Below, one piece after another: positions 1 through 9,646 of a stretch of 64,000 bases of DNA (position 1 is its first letter; every line of letters begins with the position of its first letter). Made by a program: the position numbers and the translations under genes. The notes beneath the pieces are model-generated. The model saw only the letters and a program-made list of their open reading frames with translations. It did no database searches and was not told where the DNA came from. Origin of the DNA: a virus; IMG/VR virus record IMGVR_UViG_3300018080_000112, positions 1 through 64,000 of that record. The stretch is one strand, 5' to 3'.

Positions 1-498
1 GCTACTATCCGCCTGCGCCTCGATGAAGTTCGGATATAAAAAGGTCTTTGTCGCCTTCTCTCCACATACCATACAGACAGCGTTCAACTTCAAAATCTTG
101 TCGGCTCGCGCCAGCAAGAACGGCATAGGTCCAAAGGGTTTCCCGCGATAATCCTGGTCAAGACCCGCAACAATGACCTGGATTCCCTGATTCGCCCACA
201 TCTCCACAGCGGACACAATCTTTGTGTCGAAAAACTGGACCTCATCGATCCCAATGACGTTTGTGTCTTCTGTGATGTGCTGTTCCATCTGGGATATGGC
301 GTTTACTCGAATGGAAGGAAAGGTTTGCTTCTGGTGTGTGACGATCTTGTCGTCTGCGCTGTACCGGTCATCTGCAGAGTGTTTGAAAGCGACCACTTTC
401 AGCTTTGCAATCACGGCTCTCCGTAGCCGCCGAATCAACTCCTCTGATTTCCCGCAAAACATAGGACCGCAAGAAACGACTAGACCGCACTTTGACAT
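1..498 (-). CDS. tdk: Thymidine kinase (runs off the window edge)
   Basis: Manual translation MSKCGLVVSCGPMFCGKSEELIRRLRR...IGIDEVQFF...VIVAGLDQDYRGKPFGPMPFLLARADKILKLNAVCMVCG. Shows the type II TK P-loop GPMFxGKS, DEVQFF and GLD motifs. Not in the ORF track because it has no stop in the window. Confidence 0.93.
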   Translation of the reverse strand, partial: MSKCGLVVSCGPMFCGKSEELIRRLRRAVIAKLKVVAFKHSADDRYSADDKIVTHQKQTFPSIRVNAISQMEQHITEDTNVIGIDEVQFFDTKIVSAVEMWANQGIQVIVAGLDQDYRGKPFGPMPFLLARADKILKLNAVCMVCGEKATKTFLYPNFIEAQADSS

Positions 499-526
499 TT
501 TTTTCCCTTTCCCCCGGACACAAAAA

Positions 527-838
527 CTACCACTCAACATCCTCAAAGGCTGTTGCTTTGTCCGGTTCCTTCTCTTGTTTGTAGATGATTTCGCCTTTGT
601 CAGTCAATCCCATGCGGACCCCTTCAGCCAACACAGCATATTGACCCTTTGGGAGAATACCACTTTCCACCCCTTCCTTCACAACTTTTTGCACATCTTT
701 CAACGCATAATCAGCGTCAAGTTCGAGGGGGTGCCACAGATTTGCGTTCTCCCCTTTCTCATACATGTGAAGCAACATGAATTCGGGTTCTACAGGTTTT
801 GTACCTTCAGGAACAGGTTTCTCTGTCAAGCTCGACAT
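527..838 (-). CDS. Hypothetical protein
   Basis: ORF in the packed minus-strand run. Confidence 0.6.
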   Translation of the reverse strand: MSSLTEKPVPEGTKPVEPEFMLLHMYEKGENANLWHPLELDADYALKDVQKVVKEGVESGILPKGQYAVLAEGVRMGLTDKGEIIYKQEKEPDKATAFEDVEW

Positions 839-1004
839 AATCGCCTCCTGTCGAAGGCTGACAAACTTGATATCGCAAATCAGAGAGATCCATTTCGCCG
901 CTCATCAAATCGAGCCAAAGCTCTTCTCTCTCTTCTTCGTTCTTCGTTATCAAGTCCAGCAACCGTTCAACTTCTTGTTTAAGATAAGCCATTTTGGAAA
1001 TCAC
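807..1004 (-). CDS. Hypothetical protein
   Basis: GAAGGAG RBS; lies downstream of a class B promoter motif. Confidence 0.55.
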   Translation of the reverse strand: MISKMAYLKQEVERLLDLITKNEEEREELWLDLMSGEMDLSDLRYQVCQPSTGGDYVELDRETCS

Positions 1005-1042
1005 TCCTTCAAGTGGGTAAATAGGAAACTACTTACCAACAC

Positions 1043-1065
1043 AAGGGCATGACTTTTTTCTGACT
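1043..1065 (-). promoter_or_regulatory. Class B repeated promoter-like motif AGTCAGAAAAAAGTCTTGCCCTC; other copies at 26773, 28120, 29411, 41645, 52585, 53402, 62145
   Basis: Eight near-identical 23-bp copies in one orientation, each upstream of a minus-strand gene start. Confidence 0.65.
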
Positions 1066-1076
1066 GATCTTACAAT

Positions 1077-1418
1077 TCAAATATCAGATGCCTCTCTTTG
1101 CGTCTTGTAGTAATTTTGACGCTCCCGGACCTCTTCTTTTGTGGCTCGCTCCCAACAGTCAACCACGGTCCATCCATGACTCCATGTTCCGTCATCCATT
1201 TCGACCTTGACCTTGTTTCCTGGTTTTGCAAACTTTTCTTTAACCCACGTGGTCAAGAAATACCAACCCCCTTTGTCAATGTTCTGTTTCTTCAGGCGAC
1301 ACTGAAAATAATATTCTGTCTTTCCAGGCATTTTCATCTCCCAAATACCGTCACCATGTACCTTCAAACAACATATCTTCCCACTCATCACGTACAGCTT
1401 GCAAGATGGGATGGTCAA
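1077..1418 (-). CDS. Hypothetical protein
   Basis: ORF track; true start may be internal. Confidence 0.55.
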   Translation of the reverse strand: MTIPSCKLYVMSGKICCLKVHGDGIWEMKMPGKTEYYFQCRLKKQNIDKGGWYFLTTWVKEKFAKPGNKVKVEMDDGTWSHGWTVVDCWERATKEEVRERQNYYKTQREASDI

Positions 1419-2058
1419 GAGCCTTTCCTTCTAACTCTGCAACAAGGTCACCAATCCGGGCGGTCAATGTGGCGTAATGCTCCGCAAAACAATACATCTC
1501 ACCAATCAACGGTGTTGTTCTTTCCGGTCTCAAACCACGACAAGAGGTTCGAACATGATTGCACACATTTTGAATTGTACCGCGTAACCGCGTGCGATAG
1601 CCTCCAAGCTCCTGGAAAGCTCTCGTTGCATACCTGGTGCTGTATCTCATTCGGTCACCCCGTATCGGGTCCGGGCGTAGCTCTACAGGCAAATGTCTAT
1701 CCAGCCGATGGTGGTTCAATGGGCGACCGTACTGAAAACACGCAGAATAGTTCTCGTGAAACTCTGCAACAATGGACTCTTCGTCTTGTGTTGTGGTTCT
1801 GCATGACGAGTCATGATATTCGAGAACAAGACGAGCCATCGACATGTATTCTGTAGGGAGACCGCGACCACGCTCGAACTCTCGCTCATAGCAATCCTCC
1901 AGGACCCCATATAGAAACAGAGCCAGCATCTCCTTCGACACGTACTCTGAATTGATTACGTGGTTGAACTCCATCTCCATCCGATGAGAGGACCCCTTAA
2001 TCGCCTTTTGGAGTCTCTGGTGCATCTTCCGGAGTACTTGAAGCTTTTTGTCGCTCAT
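1351..2058 (-). CDS. Hypothetical protein
   Basis: 235-aa ORF with GAGG RBS. Confidence 0.65.
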   Translation of the reverse strand: MSDKKLQVLRKMHQRLQKAIKGSSHRMEMEFNHVINSEYVSKEMLALFLYGVLEDCYEREFERGRGLPTEYMSMARLVLEYHDSSCRTTTQDEESIVAEFHENYSACFQYGRPLNHHRLDRHLPVELRPDPIRGDRMRYSTRYATRAFQELGGYRTRLRGTIQNVCNHVRTSCRGLRPERTTPLIGEMYCFAEHYATLTARIGDLVAELEGKALDHPILQAVRDEWEDMLFEGTW

Positions 2059-3061
2059 CCTCTTCCTCTGTGCGTTTTATGACGTGCTCACAGACCGTGG
2101 CAATATCTTGCACCGTCACCTGTTCCATCGCCCGTTCCATCTTGTCATGCATTGACTCGACCGGTTTCATCAACAGGTGCTGGTCAACAGCATTTGAAAG
2201 ATGATCGAGAGGTGTCTCTTGTTTCTTCTTCCACCCACCAACATAAACATGATCGAAGATGGCTTTTTGGAGACCCGCCAAACGGTCACGAGCTTGAACC
2301 CGTTCGTGTTTGTTTGCGCCAGAGAACGTCACAATGTCATCCATATCCTTGAGCGCCTGTTCAATACAGAACGCCAAGAACATCGCGGAGTCACCACGGA
2401 GGAAAAAACCAGGCCAATCCTTCTTGAACTCCAGCGCACCCGTCTCGACTCGCGGATGAATCTCAAAAGGCAACCGGCGCACATTTTGGACCGCAATCCT
2501 GTCTTTCCACTCCTGGCTGATCTCTTGCTTGAACTCCGGCTTCTTTTCTGCGCGAACATAGTCCACCTCTGAGAGTTCCGCGTCCACAACTCCCATACAA
2601 GTTTCGCAGTAATAGAACACCACAGATGCGTGTGTGTCGAAACAATCACAGCCGCTCTCTGTCTCCTCAATGACACCAGAAACATATGGCTCTTGATTCG
2701 CTACAATCTCCGTAATCAACGCAGAACACAACGCAGTACGACCACCACAAGCCGGACAAATCACGGAACTGTTCTCATGATCCACAATCTGCGGAGGCAT
2801 TGGGGCGGCTCGCTCTTCCTCTTCTAACAACGCCGCTCTTTGGACCTCGCGTGCTTGTTCAATCTCTTCTGGCGTGAACTTGCGAGCGTAGCCCAATCCG
2901 TCCAGTTCTTCGTTTGTGGGGTCAGAACCTGCATTTTCCTTTGTAGGTCTCTCATAACAAGAGTCATCCACAAGTTTCATCTCTCCCTCACTTATTACGG
3001 GAGGATGATCCATACAAGGGTTAGGACCTAACTCTTTCTCTTTCTTCTTCCCGTCGCTCAT
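1997..3061 (-). CDS. Hypothetical protein with CxxC motifs
   Basis: Start moved to MSDGKKK after AAAGGAAAG; contains CPACGG and CETC. Confidence 0.65.
   Translation of the reverse strand: MSDGKKKEKELGPNPCMDHPPVISEGEMKLVDDSCYERPTKENAGSDPTNEELDGLGYARKFTPEEIEQAREVQRAALLEEEERAAPMPPQIVDHENSSVICPACGGRTALCSALITEIVANQEPYVSGVIEETESGCDCFDTHASVVFYYCETCMGVVDAELSEVDYVRAEKKPEFKQEISQEWKDRIAVQNVRRLPFEIHPRVETGALEFKKDWPGFFLRGDSAMFLAFCIEQALKDMDDIVTFSGANKHERVQARDRLAGLQKAIFDHVYVGGWKKKQETPLDHLSNAVDQHLLMKPVESMHDKMERAMEQVTVQDIATVCEHVIKRTEEEDERQKASSTPEDAPETPKGD
3020..3032. promoter_or_regulatory. 13-bp palindrome GTTAGGWCCTAAC; perfect copies at 3020, 9011, 12837, 16810, 19141, 24371, 26799, 29473, 34223, 38795, 44338, 52019, 60938
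   Basis: 13 perfect copies, mostly at gene boundaries. Confidence 0.75.
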
Positions 3062-3071
3062 CTTCTTTCCT

Positions 3072-4409
3072 TTAGCCGGTTTTCTTGGGCATTTTGATTT
3101 TAAATGGTTGGTCACTGTACTCATACCCGTCATTCTTCTGGAGTGTTTTCAGATAGCGCGGATGGAAACCATCGACCGCTTTTCCATTGAGAGAACCAGA
3201 AACAGGTTTCAACATGAAAGATGGTTTTTGGCGAATCGTGATGCGACCTCGCCAGATTCCCTTCTTCGTTCCTTTCGTTACATCAGCTTTTACAAAGTCA
3301 CCCGTTTTGAACCCCTGACAAGCCTTGTTTCGAGTACGGTGAGCTTTCGCGAACCCGTGACTGTCTGGCTTGATCATCTTCCGGCTACCATGACCCATGC
3401 ACTTGATATACAGCGGCTTGACGCCGTTCGGTCGAAGATTATCAGGTGTGCTCGCGCCAACACAAGCGGCATCTTCCCAATGGGTCTTGCTCAGACCTCG
3501 CTTGATTCGATTGAACTTCGTGCGACCGCCAGACCCGCTTTCGAGAGGTAACCCGGTATCTTTTAGATGATTGAACAGACACCAGCGTGTTGAGTTGATC
3601 GCCGCCGCATCTCGCAAAGGAGCCTTCGCCTGTTTCAAGATCTTTTTGAGAAGGTCTGGTTTCTTTTTCAAGAACACTTTGATGTCCTTGTCACTCTTCC
3701 TCTTGTTACAAGGCGCACAGGAGAGCGTCAGATTCGAGATGCGATTGGTTCCACCCTTTGCCTTCGGTTGAATGTGTTCGACCTGTAAAGGGCGGTCTTC
3801 TTTCCCACAGTAGACACATTTGCGACCCCACTTCTCCAGGAGGTATTCTTTGACCTCGTACCCGTGGAGTTCGCCTTGCTGATATTCGACACCTTCGATC
3901 TCTGGGTTCTCCATCTTCTGGAAATCGAAGCTTACCAGTTCCATGCTGATTGCACCAACCGGAGCATACTTCATCAGCCGTCGTACCCACGTCATCGTGG
4001 TGAGGACCCGGTGCATCAAAGAAGGAGCCAGCCATCCTTTTGGTTTGGGTCTGTGTCGCCAGCGAGCCGGACGATACCTGGTCTTGCGAGCACGGCGATT
4101 CCGACGAACATCGCGGCGCTTTTTCATCTTGTCGGTGATTTGCCAGCCGCGATGATACAGAACAGCCGCCCAAACGATCTCACCGGTTTTGTCATCTAAC
4201 AGAACAATTCCGGTCTGTTTGCTACCGGGGTCAATTTTAATCCGAAGTGCCGGTGGTGTCTTTTCCTTGACTTCCTTTTTCATGATGATAGTAAAGGGGT
4301 AATAGCGCAACACCGCCGCCTTCCCGTCAGCCAGCAACTTCCTTCCTCTGCTTGGATGGCACGGATAAAGCGGGTTGCGCTCTGCATCTACGACAAAAAC
4401 TCGACTCAT
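3072..4409 (-). CDS. iscB: IscB RNA-guided endonuclease (RRXRR/PLMP, split RuvC, HNH)
   Basis: N-terminal VFVVDAERNPLYPCHP (PLMP domain), RuvC-I IDPGSK, Arg-rich bridge helix RRDVRRNRRARKTRYR, RuvC-II MELVSFD, HNH CVYC...EHIQPKAKGG..NL..SCAPCN, RuvC-III THWEDAACVG. Start set at MSRVF after a CAGGAG RBS. Confidence 0.95.
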   Translation of the reverse strand: MSRVFVVDAERNPLYPCHPSRGRKLLADGKAAVLRYYPFTIIMKKEVKEKTPPALRIKIDPGSKQTGIVLLDDKTGEIVWAAVLYHRGWQITDKMKKRRDVRRNRRARKTRYRPARWRHRPKPKGWLAPSLMHRVLTTMTWVRRLMKYAPVGAISMELVSFDFQKMENPEIEGVEYQQGELHGYEVKEYLLEKWGRKCVYCGKEDRPLQVEHIQPKAKGGTNRISNLTLSCAPCNKRKSDKDIKVFLKKKPDLLKKILKQAKAPLRDAAAINSTRWCLFNHLKDTGLPLESGSGGRTKFNRIKRGLSKTHWEDAACVGASTPDNLRPNGVKPLYIKCMGHGSRKMIKPDSHGFAKAHRTRNKACQGFKTGDFVKADVTKGTKKGIWRGRITIRQKPSFMLKPVSGSLNGKAVDGFHPRYLKTLQKNDGYEYSDQPFKIKMPKKTG

Positions 4410-4450
4410 CTCTGTGTTCTCCTGTGTGTATTTTGGACCCCGGTGTTCGC

Positions 4451-4834
4451 TTATTTCTTGTTCCACGGTTTGAATGTTGCGATGAACTCAAGAGAAGGAA
4501 ACGCCCCCTCGAAATGAAAAGCTCGGTCGTCAACAATCAAGACAGCCAGCGGTTTCTCAATGGGGAAAGAGATCTTCTCCAGTGCGGTTGTGGGTAGACC
4601 ATTGTCCAGCAACCATTTTTTCATCGCATCAATACCGCCTTCTTGTGCGTTTCTGGAAGAGAAGATACAGACCTCAAACTGGTCATCCTGACAGAGGTCC
4701 ATCAGCCATCGAATTGCTCCAGGAACCGGCGGGTCAGGAATCACGTCTGCGCCTTGCCACCGGGAGGAATACGAATGCAATACGCCATCAAAATCAACAG
4801 ATACTGTTTTCGCCATTTCTTTGATCTCCTTCAT
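4451..4834 (-). CDS. HAD-superfamily phosphatase-like protein
   Basis: VSVDFDGVLH motif I; IVDDRA motif IV. Confidence 0.75.
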   Translation of the reverse strand: MKEIKEMAKTVSVDFDGVLHSYSSRWQGADVIPDPPVPGAIRWLMDLCQDDQFEVCIFSSRNAQEGGIDAMKKWLLDNGLPTTALEKISFPIEKPLAVLIVDDRAFHFEGAFPSLEFIATFKPWNKK

Positions 4835-4850
4835 GTTGTCTCAAGTGGAA

Positions 4851-5318
4851 TCACCACTTACTTTGTTTCTCTCGCTTCTTCAGCGCTTTTGTCTTGCTGT
4901 TCTTTGTGACTTTCTTTGCTGGTCTCTCTATTTCGTTCGGTAACCCCTCCGGAAGAATCTCCTCAATAGCGGCGTCAAGAATCTCATCTGAAATAATCAC
5001 ATAGCTCGTAATATCCAGATGTAACCGCCTCATTCCCTCCAGTTCTCTGTTGTAGAACTCAATGGTCACTGGACCCTTCTTTTTCTGTATGGTGCAGATG
5101 CGCCAGCCGACCCGCTCAAATACCCGGCGGACGATATCGATAGCCCCCGAAAAAATGCGGCTTATCTCCCAATCCGTCTTGTAGACCATTTTTTCTTCGC
5201 CGTCATAGTTCTTGAGCAAATAGGCATCAATACGTTTGATCATCTCCTTCGCTTGACCCTTGGCATCATCTGAGATGTGATCAAAAGCTTCTCTGGGGGT
5301 TACAGGAACCATTACCAC
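4851..5318 (-). CDS. Hypothetical protein, tandem paralog 1
   Basis: PVTPREA start; ends KKREKQSKW. Confidence 0.7.
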   Translation of the reverse strand: MVMVPVTPREAFDHISDDAKGQAKEMIKRIDAYLLKNYDGEEKMVYKTDWEISRIFSGAIDIVRRVFERVGWRICTIQKKKGPVTIEFYNRELEGMRRLHLDITSYVIISDEILDAAIEEILPEGLPNEIERPAKKVTKNSKTKALKKREKQSKW

Positions 5319-5671
5319 TTACTCTCGCGCTTCTTTTTGGTCGCCTTTTCTCCACTATCTTCGGGATGTTCGGGGAAGTGCTCGTTCACAATCTTCTCGA
5401 ACACAGCGTCATAACTCTGGAGTAATGCCGCTTTTGTCACTCCGTTGGTGATCTCCCAGACCACAGCGGTCCAACCAGATCGCTTATAGATGACCTCCAC
5501 AGCTTCCTTTACGCCTGCAACAGGAGCCTCTTGACCAAGTGTTATGGTTATCCGACCAGAGCCGCTGTAGTCACTCAACAGCTTCTCATCAATGAGCTTG
5601 ACGAAGCTCTTGATCTGTTGCACCGCCTTATCTGAAAAATTTGTAAACGCTTCCATTGGTGTCACTGGCAT
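5312..5671 (-). CDS. Hypothetical protein, tandem paralog 2
   Basis: MPVTPMEA start; ends KKRESKW. Confidence 0.7.
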   Translation of the reverse strand: MPVTPMEAFTNFSDKAVQQIKSFVKLIDEKLLSDYSGSGRITITLGQEAPVAGVKEAVEVIYKRSGWTAVVWEITNGVTKAALLQSYDAVFEKIVNEHFPEHPEDSGEKATKKKRESKW

Positions 5672-5675
5672 GTCC

Positions 5676-6443
5676 TCACCATTTGCTCTGGCTCTCACGT
5701 TTCTTGAGCGCCTGTTGATGATCCACAGGTTCCTCCGGGTGCTCTCTTCCCCCCGACTTCTCGAACTCACCTTCTGGCAAATTCACCTTGAAGATCTGTT
5801 TGTCACTGACCAACTTGAACTTGTGCTTTGTATCTTTGCCAGTAGCCTCCCAGATCGCATCCTTCCAACCAGCTTCTATGTATTGTTTGATTACCTGATG
5901 GCGAGCGTACAATTTGAGCTTGCTGTACTTCTTTGGAATCTCATAAGTAATGGTGTGCTCTCCGTTGTAGTGTACCCTCAAATACTCATCAATGTTATTG
6001 ATTAGCTGTTTGATCTCTTGTTTCTCGTCATGTGACATAAATTTTGCCGCCTCTTCTGGTCCCACAGGCATCGGTAGTTCTCCTTTCTCCTCTCTTTCTA
6101 CATAAGGTAAACCAGACTCCTTTCTGAACTCCGCCGTCTCCCCTGGAGACATATGCATGTGTCTTGCTTGACCTATTTTTCCGTTACTCTTTTTCTGGAA
6201 ACCGTGGTTGATTCTTGTGTTGATGTCCAGTTTGATCACACCCACCAGCAATTCAATGTTTCCTTCTTCGTCTTTATTGGTCCGCAAGCTGGTGTACATC
6301 ATGGCTTGAACTGGCGAATGCATCTCCACTTCTTCGCCAGAAGGGAGAATCATATAAAGCAAGTCCCCAGCTACCGGGATGTAAATGCGCCTAAACTTTA
6401 CATGGACCGTATTGATCCACCTACACAAAACAAGTTCAGCCAT
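5676..6443 (-). CDS. Hypothetical protein; C-terminal half is paralog 3
   Basis: Internal MPVGPEEA preceded by AAAGGAG; ends KKRESQSKW. Confidence 0.65.
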   Translation of the reverse strand: MAELVLCRWINTVHVKFRRIYIPVAGDLLYMILPSGEEVEMHSPVQAMMYTSLRTNKDEEGNIELLVGVIKLDINTRINHGFQKKSNGKIGQARHMHMSPGETAEFRKESGLPYVEREEKGELPMPVGPEEAAKFMSHDEKQEIKQLINNIDEYLRVHYNGEHTITYEIPKKYSKLKLYARHQVIKQYIEAGWKDAIWEATGKDTKHKFKLVSDKQIFKVNLPEGEFEKSGGREHPEEPVDHQQALKKRESQSKW

Positions 6444-6447
6444 CGTG

Positions 6448-6930
6448 TTACTCTTCTTTTGGCTCCTCTGGTGTCAGGTAATCTTCACCTTGCGGAAACC
6501 AGAACTCTGGAATGTCCTCGATTTTCTTCTTTGCCACGACAGTCCGCCGGGACTGATAATGCACACTCACCAGTGCCCACCCGCGCCGAGAATCAGCAAA
6601 AGCATCGTGAAGTGATACCTTTCCCCCCAGAATGTCATCTTTCCGCTCTGGACTCACAGGAACATGCAAATACACATCCCGTTCCTGGTTGTGGTCAATG
6701 TGGACTGTGATGAAGACCTCTTTCATGCCATCAAGACGCGCACGACAGAAATACAATTGAGGACCGTCATACCAAACGATCATATCCGGGTCTTCTGGAT
6801 CTTTCGGAATCATCTCAAAGAACACTTTGTTTGAATCGTGGACCACTTCGTGGTTAAACATACTCACAACACCCGGTATCACGTGCATATCAATCTTCCT
6901 CCGCTCGCAAAGGACGCAAGCGTCGCTCAA
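6448..6930 (-). CDS. Hypothetical protein
   Basis: ORF in the minus-strand run. Confidence 0.55.
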   Translation of the reverse strand: MSDACVLCERRKIDMHVIPGVVSMFNHEVVHDSNKVFFEMIPKDPEDPDMIVWYDGPQLYFCRARLDGMKEVFITVHIDHNQERDVYLHVPVSPERKDDILGGKVSLHDAFADSRRGWALVSVHYQSRRTVVAKKKIEDIPEFWFPQGEDYLTPEEPKEE

Positions 6931-7285
6931 CCCACTTGTTCATTTGTTTGATGTTAAGTTCGACCGCATCTTGCAGTTCGTAGATATCGGCGGGACAATA
7001 GGACCCGTGAACACACAAATCCAGACAAACATCCCAGAGATAGCGAACCTTGTCTCGAAAGGTCCGTTCCCCTGTGATACCCTTCAGTTCAGACAAACGA
7101 GATGTGATGGAAAAGACGAGATCTGTCGCCTCTTGTGAATCTGTAAACACACACAAACGACCATCTGAATTGGTCAATTTGGATAGGTGGTCACATCTCC
7201 TTTCCAGGTACTCCAGCACAGCGCCGTATGCGCTCCCATAGGCATAGCGACTCATCGCCTTGTTACTTCTAAGTGGACTCCCCAT
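6890..7285 (-). CDS. Hypothetical protein
   Basis: AGGAGGAG RBS; lies downstream of a class A promoter motif. Confidence 0.65.
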   Translation of the reverse strand: MGSPLRSNKAMSRYAYGSAYGAVLEYLERRCDHLSKLTNSDGRLCVFTDSQEATDLVFSITSRLSELKGITGERTFRDKVRYLWDVCLDLCVHGSYCPADIYELQDAVELNIKQMNKWVERRLRPLRAEED

Positions 7286-7369
7286 TTCTCCTCCTGTTTC
7301 AAGTCTGTTAACCCTTTGTCTTAGCCATCTTCAAAGCTGTTGGCTTAATGCACGTCCTTCGGCTGTATC

Positions 7370-7404
7370 TATAGAGACACAAGTTTTGTCAAAAACGCAC
7401 CACT
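7370..7404 (-). promoter_or_regulatory. Class A bipartite promoter-like motif (A)GTGGT-N4-TTT-N9-TGTGTCTCTRTA; other copies at 12522, 14619, 17516, 19035, 24283, 27174, 34146, 39452, 48548, 60224, 63581
   Basis: 12 copies with an invariant 35-bp span, all upstream of minus-strand genes or RNA clusters. Confidence 0.75.
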
Positions 7405-7417
7405 AGAAATGAAAAAT

Positions 7418-7490
7418 AAGGCTGTTGACTGAAATTCGCAGGGATGAAGAAGGCTGTTGACTAACGCTCAATGACCCGGAAGGCTGTTGC
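7418..7490 (-). repeat. Short-repeat mini-array A (3 repeats, consensus GTCAACAGCCTT)
   Basis: AAGGCTGTTGAC on the + strand; period 30-32 nt. Confidence 0.75.
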
Positions 7491-7512
7491 TGTGGAATGG
7501 TATTTGTAGTTT

Positions 7513-7947
7513 TTAGTCTTCTATTTCCTCCGCCGCCATCTTTTTGACCCCCTTCATGTACTCGTTTCCGGGTTCAACGAAACCATCACGAACCAGTTGT
7601 TCGTTAACACAGACCAGTACGCCTTTTTGTCTTATCCAGACCATCGCTCGATAAATGGCGGTTGTATCTCGTTGGGTCTGAATATAGATCGTCTTGCCGT
7701 CAAGTAGACGGTAAACCGCGCCTTTTGCTTGTTCTTCCTTCTCTTGTTCTTTCTTGCTCTTGCTCTTAGCTTTCGATACTTTGATACCCCACAGCCGGAT
7801 AACCTCTTCTCGCTTTGTCTTCATGCCAAGTGACACTTCAACCTCAATAGTCTCGCAATCAATGACACGAAGAACCCGCGCTGTGTAGTGGTACATTTTG
7901 TCTGTGAACTCTTTGAGTTGAATCGTTCCCGGTTCCAATTCTTTCAT
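7513..7947 (-). CDS. Thermonuclease (SNase)-like protein, probably degenerate
   Basis: VLRVIDCETIEV, IRLWGI and VNEQLVRDG; the usual DGDT is altered. Confidence 0.65.
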   Translation of the reverse strand: MKELEPGTIQLKEFTDKMYHYTARVLRVIDCETIEVEVSLGMKTKREEVIRLWGIKVSKAKSKSKKEQEKEEQAKGAVYRLLDGKTIYIQTQRDTTAIYRAMVWIRQKGVLVCVNEQLVRDGFVEPGNEYMKGVKKMAAEEIED

Positions 7948-7967
7948 ACCCTGTGTTCTCCTATTGT

Positions 7968-8363
7968 TCAGAAATCAAATCCTACTTGTTTTGGCTTGCC
8001 TGTGTGCATCCGATGAACATAAACCTGCAATCCATAGCTCTTTGCAGTGGCGATCATGTTCATGGTTCCACGGCTCTGGTTGAACGGAACAGCAATCAAT
8101 GCGCCGCCACAAGGTTGACTGGATGCATAAACCGCCATCTCCTCATTACGCATAGGACCCGCTTGTTTTCCCCAATCCCTCCAGTTAGCTGGAAAGCGGA
8201 CCACCGGGATCTTGTTTTCCAATGCCCAACGCTCTCCCAATGAGTCTACACCAGGAGCCGCACCGGAAACAACTTTTGTGATTTCGAATTGTGAAAGAAG
8301 AATGGCGCGTTGAACAATCCAGAGATCTTTGAGGTGTCTACTTCCGGCGATGATGGTGACCAT
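7968..8363 (-). CDS. SLOG/YspA-like (DUF2493) protein
   Basis: IIAGSR, VSGAAPGVDSLGERWA, AGPMRNEEMA, SRGTMNMI. Confidence 0.8.
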   Translation of the reverse strand: MVTIIAGSRHLKDLWIVQRAILLSQFEITKVVSGAAPGVDSLGERWALENKIPVVRFPANWRDWGKQAGPMRNEEMAVYASSQPCGGALIAVPFNQSRGTMNMIATAKSYGLQVYVHRMHTGKPKQVGFDF

Positions 8364-8374
8364 GACGAACCCCC

Positions 8375-9004
8375 TTACAACGAAGAGCTTACTTCGTCCT
8401 CTTCGTCATCATCATCATCACCGTACAGATCCTGTTCCCACCGGCGTTTTGCTTCCAGAGCCTTCGCTTGTATGGTCTCGATATTCTGTCTCTCAGGTTC
8501 TCCGAAATCCAGAATACCGTCTTCATGCCAGATGCATCCAGATGGAACATCCACACCGCTGTAGAAGGTCAAGGAGAAGACCTCATCATGAGTCAAGCGG
8601 CTCTCTTCATCATCGCTGTAAAAGTTGAACATCAAGTTTCTACGGTACGGGTAGAACTCGATCCCGGCGTAATCTTCAGCCACTGCGTTCCAGTCAATCT
8701 GTTTGAAGGACATGAACCCGAGAGGACCGAAATCAACACCGTACTTAGCCAGGAACGAACGAAGCTCAGCAACCTCGCCTGGAAGAGTCAAGATGCGCTC
8801 GTGGTTCAACTTCGGTCGGTAGATGTAGGGGTACGCCCCTAACCAGTCCGGCTGTTCTGAGATGACCCACGCAAGCCATGCATCGCCGATACTGTACCAG
8901 AGTCCCCGTGGTTTGAAGTTGTCCGCGTTCACATCTGCGATGTTTTGGAATTGTAATTCTTCACTGCGGCTGTAGTGGATTCGTTCTAACTTGTTCATGA
9001 TCAC
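8375..9004 (-). CDS. Hypothetical phage protein
   Basis: KPRGLWYS and DVPSGCIW motifs; acidic tail. Confidence 0.65.
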   Translation of the reverse strand: MIMNKLERIHYSRSEELQFQNIADVNADNFKPRGLWYSIGDAWLAWVISEQPDWLGAYPYIYRPKLNHERILTLPGEVAELRSFLAKYGVDFGPLGFMSFKQIDWNAVAEDYAGIEFYPYRRNLMFNFYSDDEESRLTHDEVFSLTFYSGVDVPSGCIWHEDGILDFGEPERQNIETIQAKALEAKRRWEQDLYGDDDDDEEDEVSSSL

Positions 9005-9035
9005 TCCAATGTTAGGACCTAACCTTCAGTCAGGT

Positions 9036-9140
9036 TTCAGGCTGTTGACTTGCCTGGACTATACAATCGCGGCTGTTGACAAAGGGCACATAGCTACAAG
9101 GCTGTTGACTAAGCTTCATTATAACATCGCGGCTGTTGAC
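9036..9140 (-). repeat. Short-repeat mini-array B (4 repeats)
   Basis: GGCTGTTGAC ending at 9049, 9080, 9109, 9140. Confidence 0.8.
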
Positions 9141-9646
9141 TATAACAAATTCATTTGCTCTACAGGTCTGACGAAACCAAGGTGCTCGATCTGACATTTG
9201 ACCTCGTGAAATATTGCCGCTGCGACCTCTTTACGATGACAATGGTCTGGATTCCTCTCCAGACACATAAGCAAGACGGGATGTTGCTTCAGGAGGTTCG
9301 CAACCGCCTTCACGCCCGTATGCCAATGGTCTCCCTTCAGCCACGGTAGTTCCTTGTGTTCATTCCCCAGAATCTCATAGTGCTCGTACCAGGAAAATTG
9401 ACTCAGTCTCTCTTTGCGAAAATCAGGCTGATACTTTGACCACGGTTTGCGGCGAACATCAATCACACGCTTGATCCCGTGATTCATCACGATGGCTTGT
9501 AGCTCTTCCAGGTCCCGGCTCTGATAACCCCATGTGTACAGCATCGGAAGGTGTGTGATCTCCCGTGCAGTCGCTGAAAAAGAAATCAGCTTCTGTCCTG
9601 GTCTAGGCTTGCCGACCTGTGGTTTATTGCTTCCCTTGTTTGTCAT
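9140..9646 (-). CDS. DUF488 family protein
   Basis: LYTWGYQ, IDVRRKPWS, LMCLERNPDHCHR. Confidence 0.8.
   Translation of the reverse strand: MTNKGSNKPQVGKPRPGQKLISFSATAREITHLPMLYTWGYQSRDLEELQAIVMNHGIKRVIDVRRKPWSKYQPDFRKERLSQFSWYEHYEILGNEHKELPWLKGDHWHTGVKAVANLLKQHPVLLMCLERNPDHCHRKEVAAAIFHEVKCQIEHLGFVRPVEQMNLL

Noticed and set aside
3072-4409. IscB or TnpB as active IS200/IS605 elements
   Set aside because: No TnpA or resolvase and no recognisable element ends; both sit within phage operons.
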